Shown piece by piece: positions 20,223 through 30,239 of a stretch of DNA of 64,000 nucleotides. Origin of the DNA: an uncultured Candidatus Micrarchaeota archaeon (lineage in GTDB: Archaea > Micrarchaeota > Micrarchaeia > Micrarchaeales > Micrarchaeaceae). The notes beneath the pieces were generated by a model. The model saw only the letters and a list, made by a program, of their open reading frames with translations. It was not told where the DNA came from and made no database searches. The stretch spans positions 32,001 to 96,000 of the forward strand of contig CAVUGN010000001.1 in assembly GCA_963741095.1 (NCBI GenBank), written 5' to 3'. The first letter of the stretch is position 1. Every line of letters begins with the position of its first letter. Position numbers and translations under genes: made by a program.

Positions 20223-20978
20223 TTAGCGCTTCTTGGCGTAGAAGTTCGCGTTGTCGAAGGGCTTTACCTCGAATCCCATTGCCGCTATCAGCTTTCTCGC
20301 TTTTCCGGTCGTGTCTTCGAATACGATCAGCTTTGCTGCCTTGAACACGTCCATGCCCCCTTTTATCACCATGTTCTCATACCCTTCCACATCCATCTTT
20401 ATGTAATCCGGCTTGCGCTTGCCCTTGAAATATTCGTTAAGCGAAACTGCTTTTATCTCTTGTATGTTTTTCCCGGTCTTTTGGTCCGTGACATGGTGCG
20501 CGCCTTTGTTGTACGGCTGCAGCTCAAGCTGGAGATTTGCTTTCTTGTCGGATAATGCCATCCGCTCTGCAACTATCTTGTCCTCAAAGCCGTTCAGTTT
20601 TATGTTTCTCGAGAGCAACTTATAGTTGGCTGCTTCTGGTTCGAAGGAATAGACTTTCTTGCACTTCTCCGCAAACAGTAGGGAGAAGTATCCGATGTTT
20701 GCTCCGATATCGAGCGCTATTGCATCGTCGCCCTTCTTTGCGTTCTCGTTAAAGAATTTTGTCTGCTGCGGCTCATATGTCCTGTTTGCGAGCAGATCCA
20801 ATGTGTCATAGCTGTCGGTGAACATGTAGAAGGAGTCGTTTATCTTTATTGGCTTGCTCAGGTCGTTCAATAGAGGGATGGTGCGCTTCCTTATCTCTCC
20901 GAACCACCGAAACCTGTTCAGCCCCAGCTTGCTTATCTGCTTGTGCATTATCTCGTAAAAGGACATTTCGATTCTCAC
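20223..20978 (-). CDS. FkbM-family methyltransferase
   Basis: YEP, LDIGANIGYFSL, VYSFEP and IKMDVEGYE. Confidence 0.88.
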   Translation of the reverse strand: MRIEMSFYEIMHKQISKLGLNRFRWFGEIRKRTIPLLNDLSKPIKINDSFYMFTDSYDTLDLLANRTYEPQQTKFFNENAKKGDDAIALDIGANIGYFSLLFAEKCKKVYSFEPEAANYKLLSRNIKLNGFEDKIVAERMALSDKKANLQLELQPYNKGAHHVTDQKTGKNIQEIKAVSLNEYFKGKRKPDYIKMDVEGYENMVIKGGMDVFKAAKLIVFEDTTGKARKLIAAMGFEVKPFDNANFYAKKR

Positions 20979-21700
20979 CGTTGATTTGCGTTGTTGCGTT
21001 TTTGCGCGTACATTATGCCCGTCTGCAGTTTAGGATACGGATCGTGAATCTTGAATCCTTTTGATGTGAGCACCTTGCTGACCTTCTTCTTGCAGTTATG
21101 GCATTCAATCATGATTGCGTAGACGTTTTTCATATCGGTGTTATCGAACAGGTCGCGTTCAACACCTTCTGCATCGCACTTTATTGCGACGTTCTTGAGT
21201 CCGGCAAGAACTTTTGGTAGAGTGGTTATGGTAACGCGCTTGCCACCCCTACTGGGTACGTTATCCATCTGTGCGCTTATCCCACCCATGAAGGATTTGC
21301 TTAGCATCATTGTTCCCGAAGTTGATGAAAGTCCGATGTTGTACAACTCTATCTTGCCCTCAAAGGGGGACATTTTTATGTTCTCTCTTGCTTTTTCGAA
21401 GGAGTTTGGGACGAGTTCGTAGGCGATTATTTTTTTGACGTGAGGATTCTGCGCAAAGTACACCGCGGTTTCGCCAAAGTAGGCGCCTATGTCTATCAGC
21501 GTCGTGTTCGGCCTAATTTTTTCGTACAGCTCGAGATAGGGCTGCTGGATGAATATCTCTTTGAAGATGAGGCCCTCTCGTATCATCATCCGGTATTTGT
21601 TTGCCAGATTGGGCGCGCTTCTGAGGACTTTCACCCCATTGTCCAGTTTTTCCTTGATTGATTGCATGATCATCTCGCTATGCCTTTTGAATTGGTCCAA
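20975..21700 (-). CDS. FkbM-family methyltransferase
   Basis: IDIGAYFGET, IIAYE, IKCDAEGVE and IECH. Confidence 0.82.
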   Translation of the reverse strand: MDQFKRHSEMIMQSIKEKLDNGVKVLRSAPNLANKYRMMIREGLIFKEIFIQQPYLELYEKIRPNTTLIDIGAYFGETAVYFAQNPHVKKIIAYELVPNSFEKARENIKMSPFEGKIELYNIGLSSTSGTMMLSKSFMGGISAQMDNVPSRGGKRVTITTLPKVLAGLKNVAIKCDAEGVERDLFDNTDMKNVYAIMIECHNCKKKVSKVLTSKGFKIHDPYPKLQTGIMYAQKRNNANQR

Positions 21701-22597
21701 TCACAGCTTCACGCCGTATTGTTCTGCCAATTTTCTTACGCCCTCTTCGAGAGGTATGAATTTGTAGTCGCCTATCACGCTCTTCAGCCTTGTGGTGTCC
21801 GCTTTTGTCAGGAGCTGATATGGCGAGACGGGGTTCTTGACGTAAACCTTTTCCTGCTTGAACATGTCCGCTATCTTGTTGTATGGAGTCGCAACGCCGG
21901 TGCCGATGTTGTACACCCGATGCGTGCCCTTTTCGAGGAGCATCAGCGCGATGGCCGCGACATCGTTGACGTTTATCGTGTCCCTTGCCTGCGTACCGTC
22001 CCCATATATCGTGATTTTTTCGCCTTTCTGCTTGTACCGCAGGAAAATCATTGGTATGCTTGCGTAATTGCCTTTCTCATTCTCTCCGGGGCCGTAAACA
22101 TTGAAGAACCTCATGCCCACAGTCGGAAGTCCATAGAGATCCTGATATGAGCTCGCCTGCATCTCATTGATGATCTTCGATTTCGCGTAGTGGTTGCCCC
22201 TGTTTATCGCATCTATGGCCTTATCCTCGGAAAAATGATCAGTGTAGACTGCGGAGCTCGATGCGTAGACGAACTTCTTGATGCCGTTAAGACGCGCGGC
22301 CTCTATGACATTCATGAAGCCGTTCACATTGACGTCATAAGAGCCCTTGAGGTCAGCGTCGAACTGCAGGTTCGCAGTGACCGCCGCAAGATGAATCACG
22401 TAATCGACGCCTTTCATCGCCTTTTCCACCGTGGCCTTGTCTCTTATGTCTCCCTTGATGAAGGTGACGCCGTTAACGGCGTTCTCCTGTTTGTCCAGAG
22501 TGACAATATCATACCCAAGGCTCAGCGCCTTCGCGGCGATGCTTCGTCCTATGAAGCCGGCACCGCCGGTCACGAGCAGCCTTTTTTGTTTCGGCAT
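21701..22597 (-). CDS. NAD-dependent nucleotide-sugar epimerase/dehydratase, HldD/GmhD-like
   Basis: VTGGAGFIG, FVYASSSAVY, YAKSK, RFFNVYGPGENEKGNYAS and YQLLTKAD. Confidence 0.82.
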   Translation of the reverse strand: MPKQKRLLVTGGAGFIGRSIAAKALSLGYDIVTLDKQENAVNGVTFIKGDIRDKATVEKAMKGVDYVIHLAAVTANLQFDADLKGSYDVNVNGFMNVIEAARLNGIKKFVYASSSAVYTDHFSEDKAIDAINRGNHYAKSKIINEMQASSYQDLYGLPTVGMRFFNVYGPGENEKGNYASIPMIFLRYKQKGEKITIYGDGTQARDTINVNDVAAIALMLLEKGTHRVYNIGTGVATPYNKIADMFKQEKVYVKNPVSPYQLLTKADTTRLKSVIGDYKFIPLEEGVRKLAEQYGVKL

Positions 22598-22620
22598 CCC
22601 ATCACAATTTCAGATATCAA

Positions 22621-23442
22621 TCAAACCTGTTTTATCTTCTTAGCATAATAGTTCCCTTCCAAGGATAAATATGAAGAGTACTTCTCCCTGTCTTTCTGGC
22701 TCATGTTGCCGCCGTCTATCTTGGTTATCTCGAAACCGAAGCTCTTCAACAGGTCCATGGCTTCCGTGCCTTTTTTGTTCCGTGCGACCAGGAGCGTGAC
22801 GTTGTTCTCAAACATTATGAACTGTGCGTGCTCGAATACTTCTTTGCCGCCGAGTATTGCATCCTCTTCCCAGCCCTCCACATCCATCTTTATTATGTCC
22901 GGTTTTTCTTTGTCCTTGAAATATTCGTCGAGGCTTACGCAGTCTACATCCTCGGAATCGCCGCCTGCAATATTGACAAAACTGTTGCCCCCGCTGCCAA
23001 GCGGTTCATGGTACAGTTTCATCTTGCTGCTCTTGCTTCCTACCGCCTTGTTCTCTAATGCCACCTTGTCCTGCAGCTTGTTCAGCTTGACGTTCTTCTG
23101 CAGCATTCCGAAAGCGGAATTCGAAGGCTCGAAGGCATAGACTTTCTTGCACTTCTGGGCCATCAGCAGGGTAAAGTAGCCTATGTTCGCGCCAAGATCC
23201 AGCGCGGTCCAGTCCGCTTTGATTGCCGAATTTATGGCAGCTGTCCCATCTGGCTCGTAGGTCTTGTCGATCATCAGGGTATTGCCATACTGGCTATCGA
23301 GGTACATGTAAAATGAATTGTTGACCAATATGGGATTCCGTAATGTAAAGTTGAGATAGGCGTGCATTACTTTCAGCACCAACGGATTCTTGCCAAGGCC
23401 ATGGCCAGAAAACGTTTTATAAATGCTCGAGTATGCGCTCAT
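22621..23442 (-). CDS. FkbM-family methyltransferase
   Basis: YEP, LDLGANIGYFTL, VYAFEP and IKMDVEGWE. Confidence 0.88.
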   Translation of the reverse strand: MSAYSSIYKTFSGHGLGKNPLVLKVMHAYLNFTLRNPILVNNSFYMYLDSQYGNTLMIDKTYEPDGTAAINSAIKADWTALDLGANIGYFTLLMAQKCKKVYAFEPSNSAFGMLQKNVKLNKLQDKVALENKAVGSKSSKMKLYHEPLGSGGNSFVNIAGGDSEDVDCVSLDEYFKDKEKPDIIKMDVEGWEEDAILGGKEVFEHAQFIMFENNVTLLVARNKKGTEAMDLLKSFGFEITKIDGGNMSQKDREKYSSYLSLEGNYYAKKIKQV

Positions 23443-24149
23443 TTGGGCACCATAGGGTGGTCAGAAGCCTTCTTGAAGGCGTAAATCATTCCGGTCTTTT
23501 CGCGCTGGTAGATCGTCTTTACTTCATAACCCTTGTCGGTCAGCAGCTTTATCAGCGGGTCTCCCTTCAGAACGTGGTACTCGATTGCAAGCCTTGCCAC
23601 GCCCGTCAGATCGAGGTCGTTGTTGAAGACCTTGAACTCCAGCCCTTCGATATCGCACTTTATCGCTATCGGCTTGCCGGGGTGCTTGGCCTTTATCCTG
23701 TCGAGCTCCATCTTCAGCGTCGTGTATTCCACTCTGCGCCCGTGGTAGTTCCCGACCGAGTAGTAGACGCCGGACTGCTTCGCATTCTCCGCGAGGTCCG
23801 CCTCGGATGTCGCTATTGCGAGCCTCAGGGGCTCTACCTTGTCGGAGACCCCCGCCAGCGCCGCGTTCTTGATTATCTCGTTGTAGTTGTTCTCGTACGG
23901 GTCGTAGGAATAGACGAAATCGACGTTCTTCTGGCGCGCGAAGTACACCGCGGTGTCCCCGATGTACGCCTCGATGTCCATAACTATCGTGTGCGGGTCC
24001 AGATCCTCGACGAAGAACCTGTACGCATCGGCGATGAATATCTCAGTGAGTGCTTCCGCCTTAGTCTTGTAGTAGAAGTAGTTGTTCCTGAATTTGGGCA
24101 TGAGTGACCTGAAGAAAAAGTCCAACACTTCGTGTTCTTCAGCCATCAT
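23439..24149 (-). CDS. FkbM-family methyltransferase with divergent SAM-binding motif
   Basis: MDIEAYIGDTA (G->E in motif I), IKCDIEGLE and IEYH. Confidence 0.75.
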   Translation of the reverse strand: MMAEEHEVLDFFFRSLMPKFRNNYFYYKTKAEALTEIFIADAYRFFVEDLDPHTIVMDIEAYIGDTAVYFARQKNVDFVYSYDPYENNYNEIIKNAALAGVSDKVEPLRLAIATSEADLAENAKQSGVYYSVGNYHGRRVEYTTLKMELDRIKAKHPGKPIAIKCDIEGLEFKVFNNDLDLTGVARLAIEYHVLKGDPLIKLLTDKGYEVKTIYQREKTGMIYAFKKASDHPMVPK

Positions 24150-25147
24150 ATCATCTTTCTGTAAGCTTCGATTGTAAGTTTCGCGGTCCTTTCCCAGGTG
24201 TACTGCCTTGCATCCTCGAGAGCCTTCTTCCTTGTCTTCTCGTTGTAGCCGTTCTCCTTAAGCCTTTCTATTATGGCGGCCATGTCGTCCTCGTCCTCCG
24301 CCTCGAAGCAGTACTTCTTGACATCGCTGTCGTAATGCCCGCGTTTGTATATTATCACTGGAAGGCCCCTTGCCTTGCCCTCTATGATGGGTATGCCGAA
24401 TCCTTCGAAGAGGCTCGGGAACGCGAGCACGTCGAACGAATCGTAGACGTTGACCAGTTCCCTCTCGGGGGCGAATCCCTTGAGCTTTATCCGCTTGTCT
24501 CCGTTTATCCTCTGCTCGACGACGTTCAACGGGTAGTTGGAGCCGCCCCAGAACTCGAATTCGAAATCGTCGCCCTTGACCTTCCTGAAGGAGTCTATCG
24601 AGAAGAAGGTGTTCTTGTGAGCGGACATCGTCGCCACAGTGCCCACCTTGAACTTCTTCCCTTTTTTATGCGCGCTGAGCGGCTTCCTCAGGAACTCCTT
24701 CTCGATCCCGAACGGGGTCGCGAAGACGCGGTCCTTCGGCATACCGGCTGCCACGACCCCTGATGCGGTCAGCTTCGAGTTCGCGATGACGTAATCCGAT
24801 TTTATCATCGCCTTCGTGCCGTACTTCTCCTTTATTATCTGCCAGAGCCTGTCCCTGACGGTGTAGCGGTTTACGGTGTTAAGCTCTGGGTAGAGCACCG
24901 GCTGCATCTCGTGCGCGGTGGTGACAAACACCTGTTTGCTGTTGAGCCTGCAGAAGGTAGGGAAATCTGACATGTTATGCACGATGTCGTAGCCGGAAAG
25001 GTCCATCATAAGGGTCTGCAGCTCGAAGAAGGGTATCCTGCCGAAAACGACGCCCTTTGCGTCTATGCCGTTCGCCCTATCTATGCGTTCAAATAGAGGG
25101 GTGGGGCATCTCAGCAGCCCAGTAGAGCCGATCAGCGCGATCTTCAT
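24146..25147 (-). CDS. Glycosyltransferase family 4 (GT-B)
   Basis: TTAHE, HKN, FPSLFEGFGIPIIEG and YTWERTA. Confidence 0.9.
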   Translation of the reverse strand: MKIALIGSTGLLRCPTPLFERIDRANGIDAKGVVFGRIPFFELQTLMMDLSGYDIVHNMSDFPTFCRLNSKQVFVTTAHEMQPVLYPELNTVNRYTVRDRLWQIIKEKYGTKAMIKSDYVIANSKLTASGVVAAGMPKDRVFATPFGIEKEFLRKPLSAHKKGKKFKVGTVATMSAHKNTFFSIDSFRKVKGDDFEFEFWGGSNYPLNVVEQRINGDKRIKLKGFAPERELVNVYDSFDVLAFPSLFEGFGIPIIEGKARGLPVIIYKRGHYDSDVKKYCFEAEDEDDMAAIIERLKENGYNEKTRKKALEDARQYTWERTAKLTIEAYRKMI

Positions 25148-25365
25148 TGTATCATTCCGGCGCGCAAGCGCCATCCGATCAGGATGTGAAATGCCTTTGC
25201 GCAGCCTCAAAGCCGAGACTGTGCGTGCACATTCACCCCGACAATTTAGTATAGGGGCTTAACATACTTTATATCTTATGCTGGGGCGGGCTTAGTATTA
25301 TTAATTTGCTATGTTCTAACCATAATAGTCGTGTTAAGTGCGTCATTGTTTTAGGTAACGATCCA

Positions 25366-26853
25366 ATGAGGATACTCTGCATCAATCCTTCAATACTCTC
25401 CCCGACCGGGTGGGGCGTGCCGTACTGCCATATGCCGCTAGGGCTGGCGTACGTAGCCGCGGTGCTGCAGAAAAACAACGAGGTGCTGTTCCTTGATGCA
25501 AATGCTGAAGGAACCCTAAGCAAAACGGGTGATTTCTATTATGCCGGGCTGCAGAAGGACGAGATAGTCAAGCGCGCGGTCGACCTGCATCCGGATGCAA
25601 TCTGCATGACCATAGTGTTCACCTTCAATTCGACAAACGCGTTAGGGATATTGAAAGCAATAAAGGAGAAACTTCCTTCGGTACCCATCATTGTCGGAGG
25701 CATGCACGTCACTGTGACGCCGAAGGAGACGCTCGAGGGCGGCGGTGTCGACATAGTCGTGATGGGTGAGGGCGAACGAACGGTTGCGGAGCTATTTGAA
25801 AAACTCTCGAAGAACGAGGATCTGAAGGATATCAAGGGCATAGCTTACAAAGAAAACGGCGAGATAAAAATAACCCCTGAGCGAGAACTCATAAGAGATC
25901 TTGATTCGCTTCCGTTCCCTGCCATAGAGCTGCTGCCGCTGGACAAATATTTTGAGACTCAGGCTGCCGGCAACAGCCAGAGGAAGAGATACACTTACAA
26001 CGACAGGTGGACCTCAATCATAACGAGCAGGGGCTGTCCGATGAACTGCGTCTTCTGCTCCATACACTTGACAATGGGCAGGCTCTTCAGGCCCAGGAGC
26101 CCGGAGAACGTGCTCTTGGAGATGGAAAGGGATTACTACAAGTTCGGCATAAGGCACTTCAACATAGAGGACGACAACATGAGCTGGAACATAGAGAGGT
26201 TCCAGAAGATCTGCGACATGATAGTCGCAAAGGGGTTGAAGATAACATGGTCGGCATCGAACGGCCTGAGGGCCGACAGGGTCGATGACGCAACAATCAA
26301 GAAGATGAAGGCATCAGGATGCAAGAGGGTCTTCGTTGCCCCCGAATCTGGCTCACAGAGAGTGGTCAACGAAGTGATAGACAAGAGGATGAAGCTCGAG
26401 GATGTCGAGAAGGCGGTGGAGCTCTTCTCCAAGAACGGCATAATCGTCGATGCGGCTTTCATAATAGGCCTGCCCGGCGAGACAAAGGCGGAGATGGAGC
26501 AGACGATAAAATTCGCAAAGAGGCTGAGGAAGAAAGGAGCCGCTCACACTGGAATCGCGATAGCGGCTCCGCTTTACGGCACAAGGCTCTACAAACTGGC
26601 GGTCGAGAACGGCTACTTCGACCCTAAGACCGATCCGGCAAGGATCACACCGCTTGAGGCGAACATACAGACGCCGGAATGGACAAGGGAGTACGTGGCA
26701 TCCTTCTGGAACATGGCGAACTGGTCGGTCAACCTCACATCGACAGAGAAAGTCACTCATGTGCTGAAGAAATGGAAGAGGACGCCGAAGTTCCTGACGG
26801 ATTACGTCAGATTCTATTTGTTCGACAAAGACCAGGACAAACCCAAAAATTGA
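25366..26853 (+). CDS. Cobalamin-binding radical SAM enzyme
   Basis: PLGLAYVAAVL, GGMHVT, GEGE, SRGCPMNCVFC, EDDN, PESGSQ and IIGLPGET. Confidence 0.9.
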   Translation: MRILCINPSILSPTGWGVPYCHMPLGLAYVAAVLQKNNEVLFLDANAEGTLSKTGDFYYAGLQKDEIVKRAVDLHPDAICMTIVFTFNSTNALGILKAIKEKLPSVPIIVGGMHVTVTPKETLEGGGVDIVVMGEGERTVAELFEKLSKNEDLKDIKGIAYKENGEIKITPERELIRDLDSLPFPAIELLPLDKYFETQAAGNSQRKRYTYNDRWTSIITSRGCPMNCVFCSIHLTMGRLFRPRSPENVLLEMERDYYKFGIRHFNIEDDNMSWNIERFQKICDMIVAKGLKITWSASNGLRADRVDDATIKKMKASGCKRVFVAPESGSQRVVNEVIDKRMKLEDVEKAVELFSKNGIIVDAAFIIGLPGETKAEMEQTIKFAKRLRKKGAAHTGIAIAAPLYGTRLYKLAVENGYFDPKTDPARITPLEANIQTPEWTREYVASFWNMANWSVNLTSTEKVTHVLKKWKRTPKFLTDYVRFYLFDKDQDKPKN

Positions 26854-26860
26854 GCTTCTT

Positions 26861-27931
26861 TTATCCACCAGAAATTACTTTTTCGTACACTTTCATTGTC
26901 TCTTCGGCGGCCTTGTCCCATGTGAAGCCCTGCGCGTAGCTGGCTGATTCTTTCATTGCTGTTTTGTCGTAGCCTTTCTTGTAGAGATTGTAGAACATGT
27001 CGGCCATCTCCTCGTCTGTGTAGGCCCTCATGCAGTGCTTGCTCACTTCGCCCGGCACTATGCCGTTGCCGTTTATTATCACTGGTAGACCGCAAGCCTG
27101 CGCCTCTATTATCGGTATGCCGAAGGTCTCTGCGAAGCTCGGGAAGGCGAAGACGTCGAAGGAGTTGTACATCCTGACTTTATTCTCCTGCTTCACCGGT
27201 CCCATCATTTTTATGTTGCTGTGATCCTTCGCGATGCTCATTATCTCCTGCATAAGGTGCTTCGTGCCAGGCTTCCCGTGCAGCTGGAGCTCTACGTTGC
27301 CCTGCTCCTTCTTGCCGAGCATGTTATTGAATGCAATGAACGCGTTTATCAGGAACCTGGGATCCTTGTTGGGCGACATCCCGCTCAGCGTGCCGATGAC
27401 GAACTTGTCGTGGCTCAAGCCCATCGGCTTGTATTCCGGGGTGACCCCGTGATTGACCACGAATATCTTGTCGCGGTCGACGTCCGCGAAATCGATCATG
27501 AGCTGCTTGACGTTCGATGAGACCGCTATGATCGCGGCAGCGCGCTCCATCTTGTACTGCGTGCTGTACTGCCCCAGCTTTATCCATATGTCCTCGCTTA
27601 TGCTGTGGTCGCCCTTCTGTATGAGCAGTATGTCCTTTGTCATGAAGCTGCTCAGGCTGTGCATCGTGAATATGAATTTCTTGCTCATCTCCCTGCTCAG
27701 CGAGATGAGTGATCCTCCGTCTATGTCGTGTATTATGTCGACCGATTTTGCCATCCCGGTGAATCTTATCCTGTAGGAATCGAGCAGCGCGGTGGCAACG
27801 TTGGTGTACGGCATGTAGCTCAGCGAGACGCGCTTGTCCATCCTGCTGAGCAGCTCCGTGGTGAAGGTGCCGTTACCCGGCGCGACCTCCTTGCTCAGGT
27901 TGTTCCTGTGCGTGATTATCATTGTGCGCAT
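26861..27931 (-). CDS. Glycosyltransferase family 4
   Basis: IIAVS, VVNHGV, FPSFAETFGIPIIEAQACGLPV and FTWDKAA. Confidence 0.9.
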   Translation of the reverse strand: MRTMIITHRNNLSKEVAPGNGTFTTELLSRMDKRVSLSYMPYTNVATALLDSYRIRFTGMAKSVDIIHDIDGGSLISLSREMSKKFIFTMHSLSSFMTKDILLIQKGDHSISEDIWIKLGQYSTQYKMERAAAIIAVSSNVKQLMIDFADVDRDKIFVVNHGVTPEYKPMGLSHDKFVIGTLSGMSPNKDPRFLINAFIAFNNMLGKKEQGNVELQLHGKPGTKHLMQEIMSIAKDHSNIKMMGPVKQENKVRMYNSFDVFAFPSFAETFGIPIIEAQACGLPVIINGNGIVPGEVSKHCMRAYTDEEMADMFYNLYKKGYDKTAMKESASYAQGFTWDKAAEETMKVYEKVISGG

Positions 27932-27935
27932 TGGC

Positions 27936-29114
27936 TCACTGGTTCAGCATGTCCGTGAACTTCGATATGAACTTCTTCTCGCTATACCTGTCCTTTATGA
28001 GTTTATAGATTTTGAGTTTCCTGTCAAGGTATGCCTTGCCGTCCTTCTCGTGCGATTTGAAGAGGGTCAGTATCGCCTCTGAGAACGCGTCTACGTCGAA
28101 AGGCTTTACCAGCGTGCCCTGGGCGCCGGCCTTGATTATCTCGTTCGGGCCGGACACGTCAAATGCCACGGCAGGTATGCCGTAGCTCTGCGCCTCCAGG
28201 AGCGACAGGCCCGTCGTCTCGTACCTTGAGGGCAGGATGAAGAGGCTTGACCTCTTGTACTCGTTCTTCAGCGACGCGTCCGAGACGAAGCCGCGCCATG
28301 ATACGTTGCCGCGGTATTTGCGCTCCAGCCCCCTGACGATCGTTTCGCCGTCGTCCTTGGAGCCGATGATTCGGAACTTGATCTGCCCGTTCTTCTTGAG
28401 CGTCTTCCCTATTATCGTTTCCAGAAGGTCGATCCCTTTCTGCAGCACCGCTAACCTTCCCACAAAGAGGCATACGAATTCTTTGTTTGCCGCATTGGGT
28501 TTTGCGGACTCGAAGTAGAGGAAATGCGGGATGTGATAGACTTTTCCCTTGTAGTTCAGCCTGTGCAGCATGTGCACCTGCGTTTCGGTGAGCGCGTGCA
28601 CCTCCTTCACCCGCTTGAGCAGGAATTTCTGCACCATGTTCAGCACGGGACCGCTGTCTCCGCCCTTTTTCTCCATTAGGAACTCGGGGTTGTGCATCCC
28701 GAGTATGAACCGTTTTCTGTAGACCCTTGAAAGCAGCAACGAGTATGATATGAGCACAGGGTTGAGGGTTATGTCGTAGACTATGTCCGAATCCACTATC
28801 GCGCTCTTCAGCTTTGACAACTCCCTGGGCTTCGGCATGCGCATGGTGAACCTGCCGGTGTTCTTCAGCTTCGTCTTCACCCCGTAGCATTCCACATCCA
28901 CTATGTCTATGCCCTTGAGGTCGTAGGTCCTGAGCAGCTCCTGTTTCGATATCCTGATGTTGTCGCTCCGTGAGACTGGATTGACGATGGTGATGTCGAA
29001 ATCCTTTTTGATTCGCTCTGCCGTTTCCAACGCCCAGCGCTCGCCACCCCCGAATGACTGGAGCGTGTTGAGTATCATCGTGAGCCTTTTCTTGGGCGCC
29101 CTTTTGGTTTCCAT
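27936..29114 (-). CDS. Glycosyltransferase family 4
   Basis: GGGERW, FVGRL...QKG and LPSRYETTGLSLLEAQSYGIPAV. Confidence 0.9.
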   Translation of the reverse strand: METKRAPKKRLTMILNTLQSFGGGERWALETAERIKKDFDITIVNPVSRSDNIRISKQELLRTYDLKGIDIVDVECYGVKTKLKNTGRFTMRMPKPRELSKLKSAIVDSDIVYDITLNPVLISYSLLLSRVYRKRFILGMHNPEFLMEKKGGDSGPVLNMVQKFLLKRVKEVHALTETQVHMLHRLNYKGKVYHIPHFLYFESAKPNAANKEFVCLFVGRLAVLQKGIDLLETIIGKTLKKNGQIKFRIIGSKDDGETIVRGLERKYRGNVSWRGFVSDASLKNEYKRSSLFILPSRYETTGLSLLEAQSYGIPAVAFDVSGPNEIIKAGAQGTLVKPFDVDAFSEAILTLFKSHEKDGKAYLDRKLKIYKLIKDRYSEKKFISKFTDMLNQ

Positions 29115-29120
29115 ATCAAC

Positions 29121-30173
29121 TCATTTCTTTCTCTGCTTCTCGTACTCCTCTTTTATAAGCTCTATCAGCAGGTCGCCGTTCGGCTTCCTGTTGCCGTATT
29201 TCCTGTTAAGCTTTTGTATGGTCGCCTCCTTGTCAAGGCCAAGGTACTTGACAACGCCGGTCTTGTTTATTATCTTGGATATCTCGAACATCTCGTCCGC
29301 GTCGGGCTCCTTCCTCCATTCGTTGACTCTTTTGAGGTAGACGGTCTCTTTCTGCAATGCGCGCATCACGCTCTTTATGTTCTGCCGCTTGAGCGCATAG
29401 CCCAGATCCAGCAGGGTGTAATACATGAAATAGTCGAAGTTGCTTATCTCCTCGTCCTGTTTCTTCATTATCACGGTCTCATAGCCGAGCATGAGCGAGT
29501 TTATCACGCCGCCTAGGAGGGTCTTGTCCACGCTCCTGCTCTTGGGCATCAGCAGCTTCGAGACGTAGTCCATGACGCGCTTGTTGTACAGCCCGTACGA
29601 CAGCCTGTCCAGCTTCAGCATCTTCTGGTATTCTTCTCCGTAGTTAATCGTCTTCAGCTCAGCCACGTGGTCCATTGAGTATCTATCATCGAGCTTCTCG
29701 GTCGTGCCCTTGACAGTGGCCTGCTCGTGAAGGAAGCCCTTGAACTCGACCAGCTCCTTCCTGAAGAGCCTTATCTGCCAGGTATAGAACCCGGTTCTCT
29801 TGCCCTTGGCCACATCCTCGTACCTCTTGATGGCAAAGGCGCTGCATTTCGCATCGCCTATTATGCTCTTTATCTTGGACTTGAGAGCGGTGTTCAGCCG
29901 CTCGTCGGTGTCGATGAGCAGGACCCATGAAAATCTGCATTTCTTGAAGGCGTACATTCTCAACGCTTCCAGAGGGGCGAGCGAGACGACGTAGAATATC
30001 TGCAGCTTGCCCAGTTTCTGGCTCTTTTTTGCCGCGTGCAGCCTGTTTCTGTTCGCCTTGTTGCTCGAGTCCATGAGCACTATGTCATCGGCGACATCGT
30101 AAAGGTCGTTGACCAGGCCTAGGGTTTTCTCGACCTCGTCCCGCGAGAATATCAAAACCGAGAGTTTTTGCAT
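29121..30173 (-). CDS. Glycosyltransferase family 2 (WaaE/LgtF-like GT-A domain plus helical C-terminus)
   Basis: KLSVLI, MDS, WVLLIDTDERL, QIRLFR and GFLHEQ. Confidence 0.72.
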   Translation of the reverse strand: MQKLSVLIFSRDEVEKTLGLVNDLYDVADDIVLMDSSNKANRNRLHAAKKSQKLGKLQIFYVVSLAPLEALRMYAFKKCRFSWVLLIDTDERLNTALKSKIKSIIGDAKCSAFAIKRYEDVAKGKRTGFYTWQIRLFRKELVEFKGFLHEQATVKGTTEKLDDRYSMDHVAELKTINYGEEYQKMLKLDRLSYGLYNKRVMDYVSKLLMPKSRSVDKTLLGGVINSLMLGYETVIMKKQDEEISNFDYFMYYTLLDLGYALKRQNIKSVMRALQKETVYLKRVNEWRKEPDADEMFEISKIINKTGVVKYLGLDKEATIQKLNRKYGNRKPNGDLLIELIKEEYEKQRKK

Positions 30174-30239
30174 TGGAAACACGTCGATTATAGATAAGAA
30201 TAAAAAGGTTAAAAGCATATTTATACCGCTTGTGATCTA

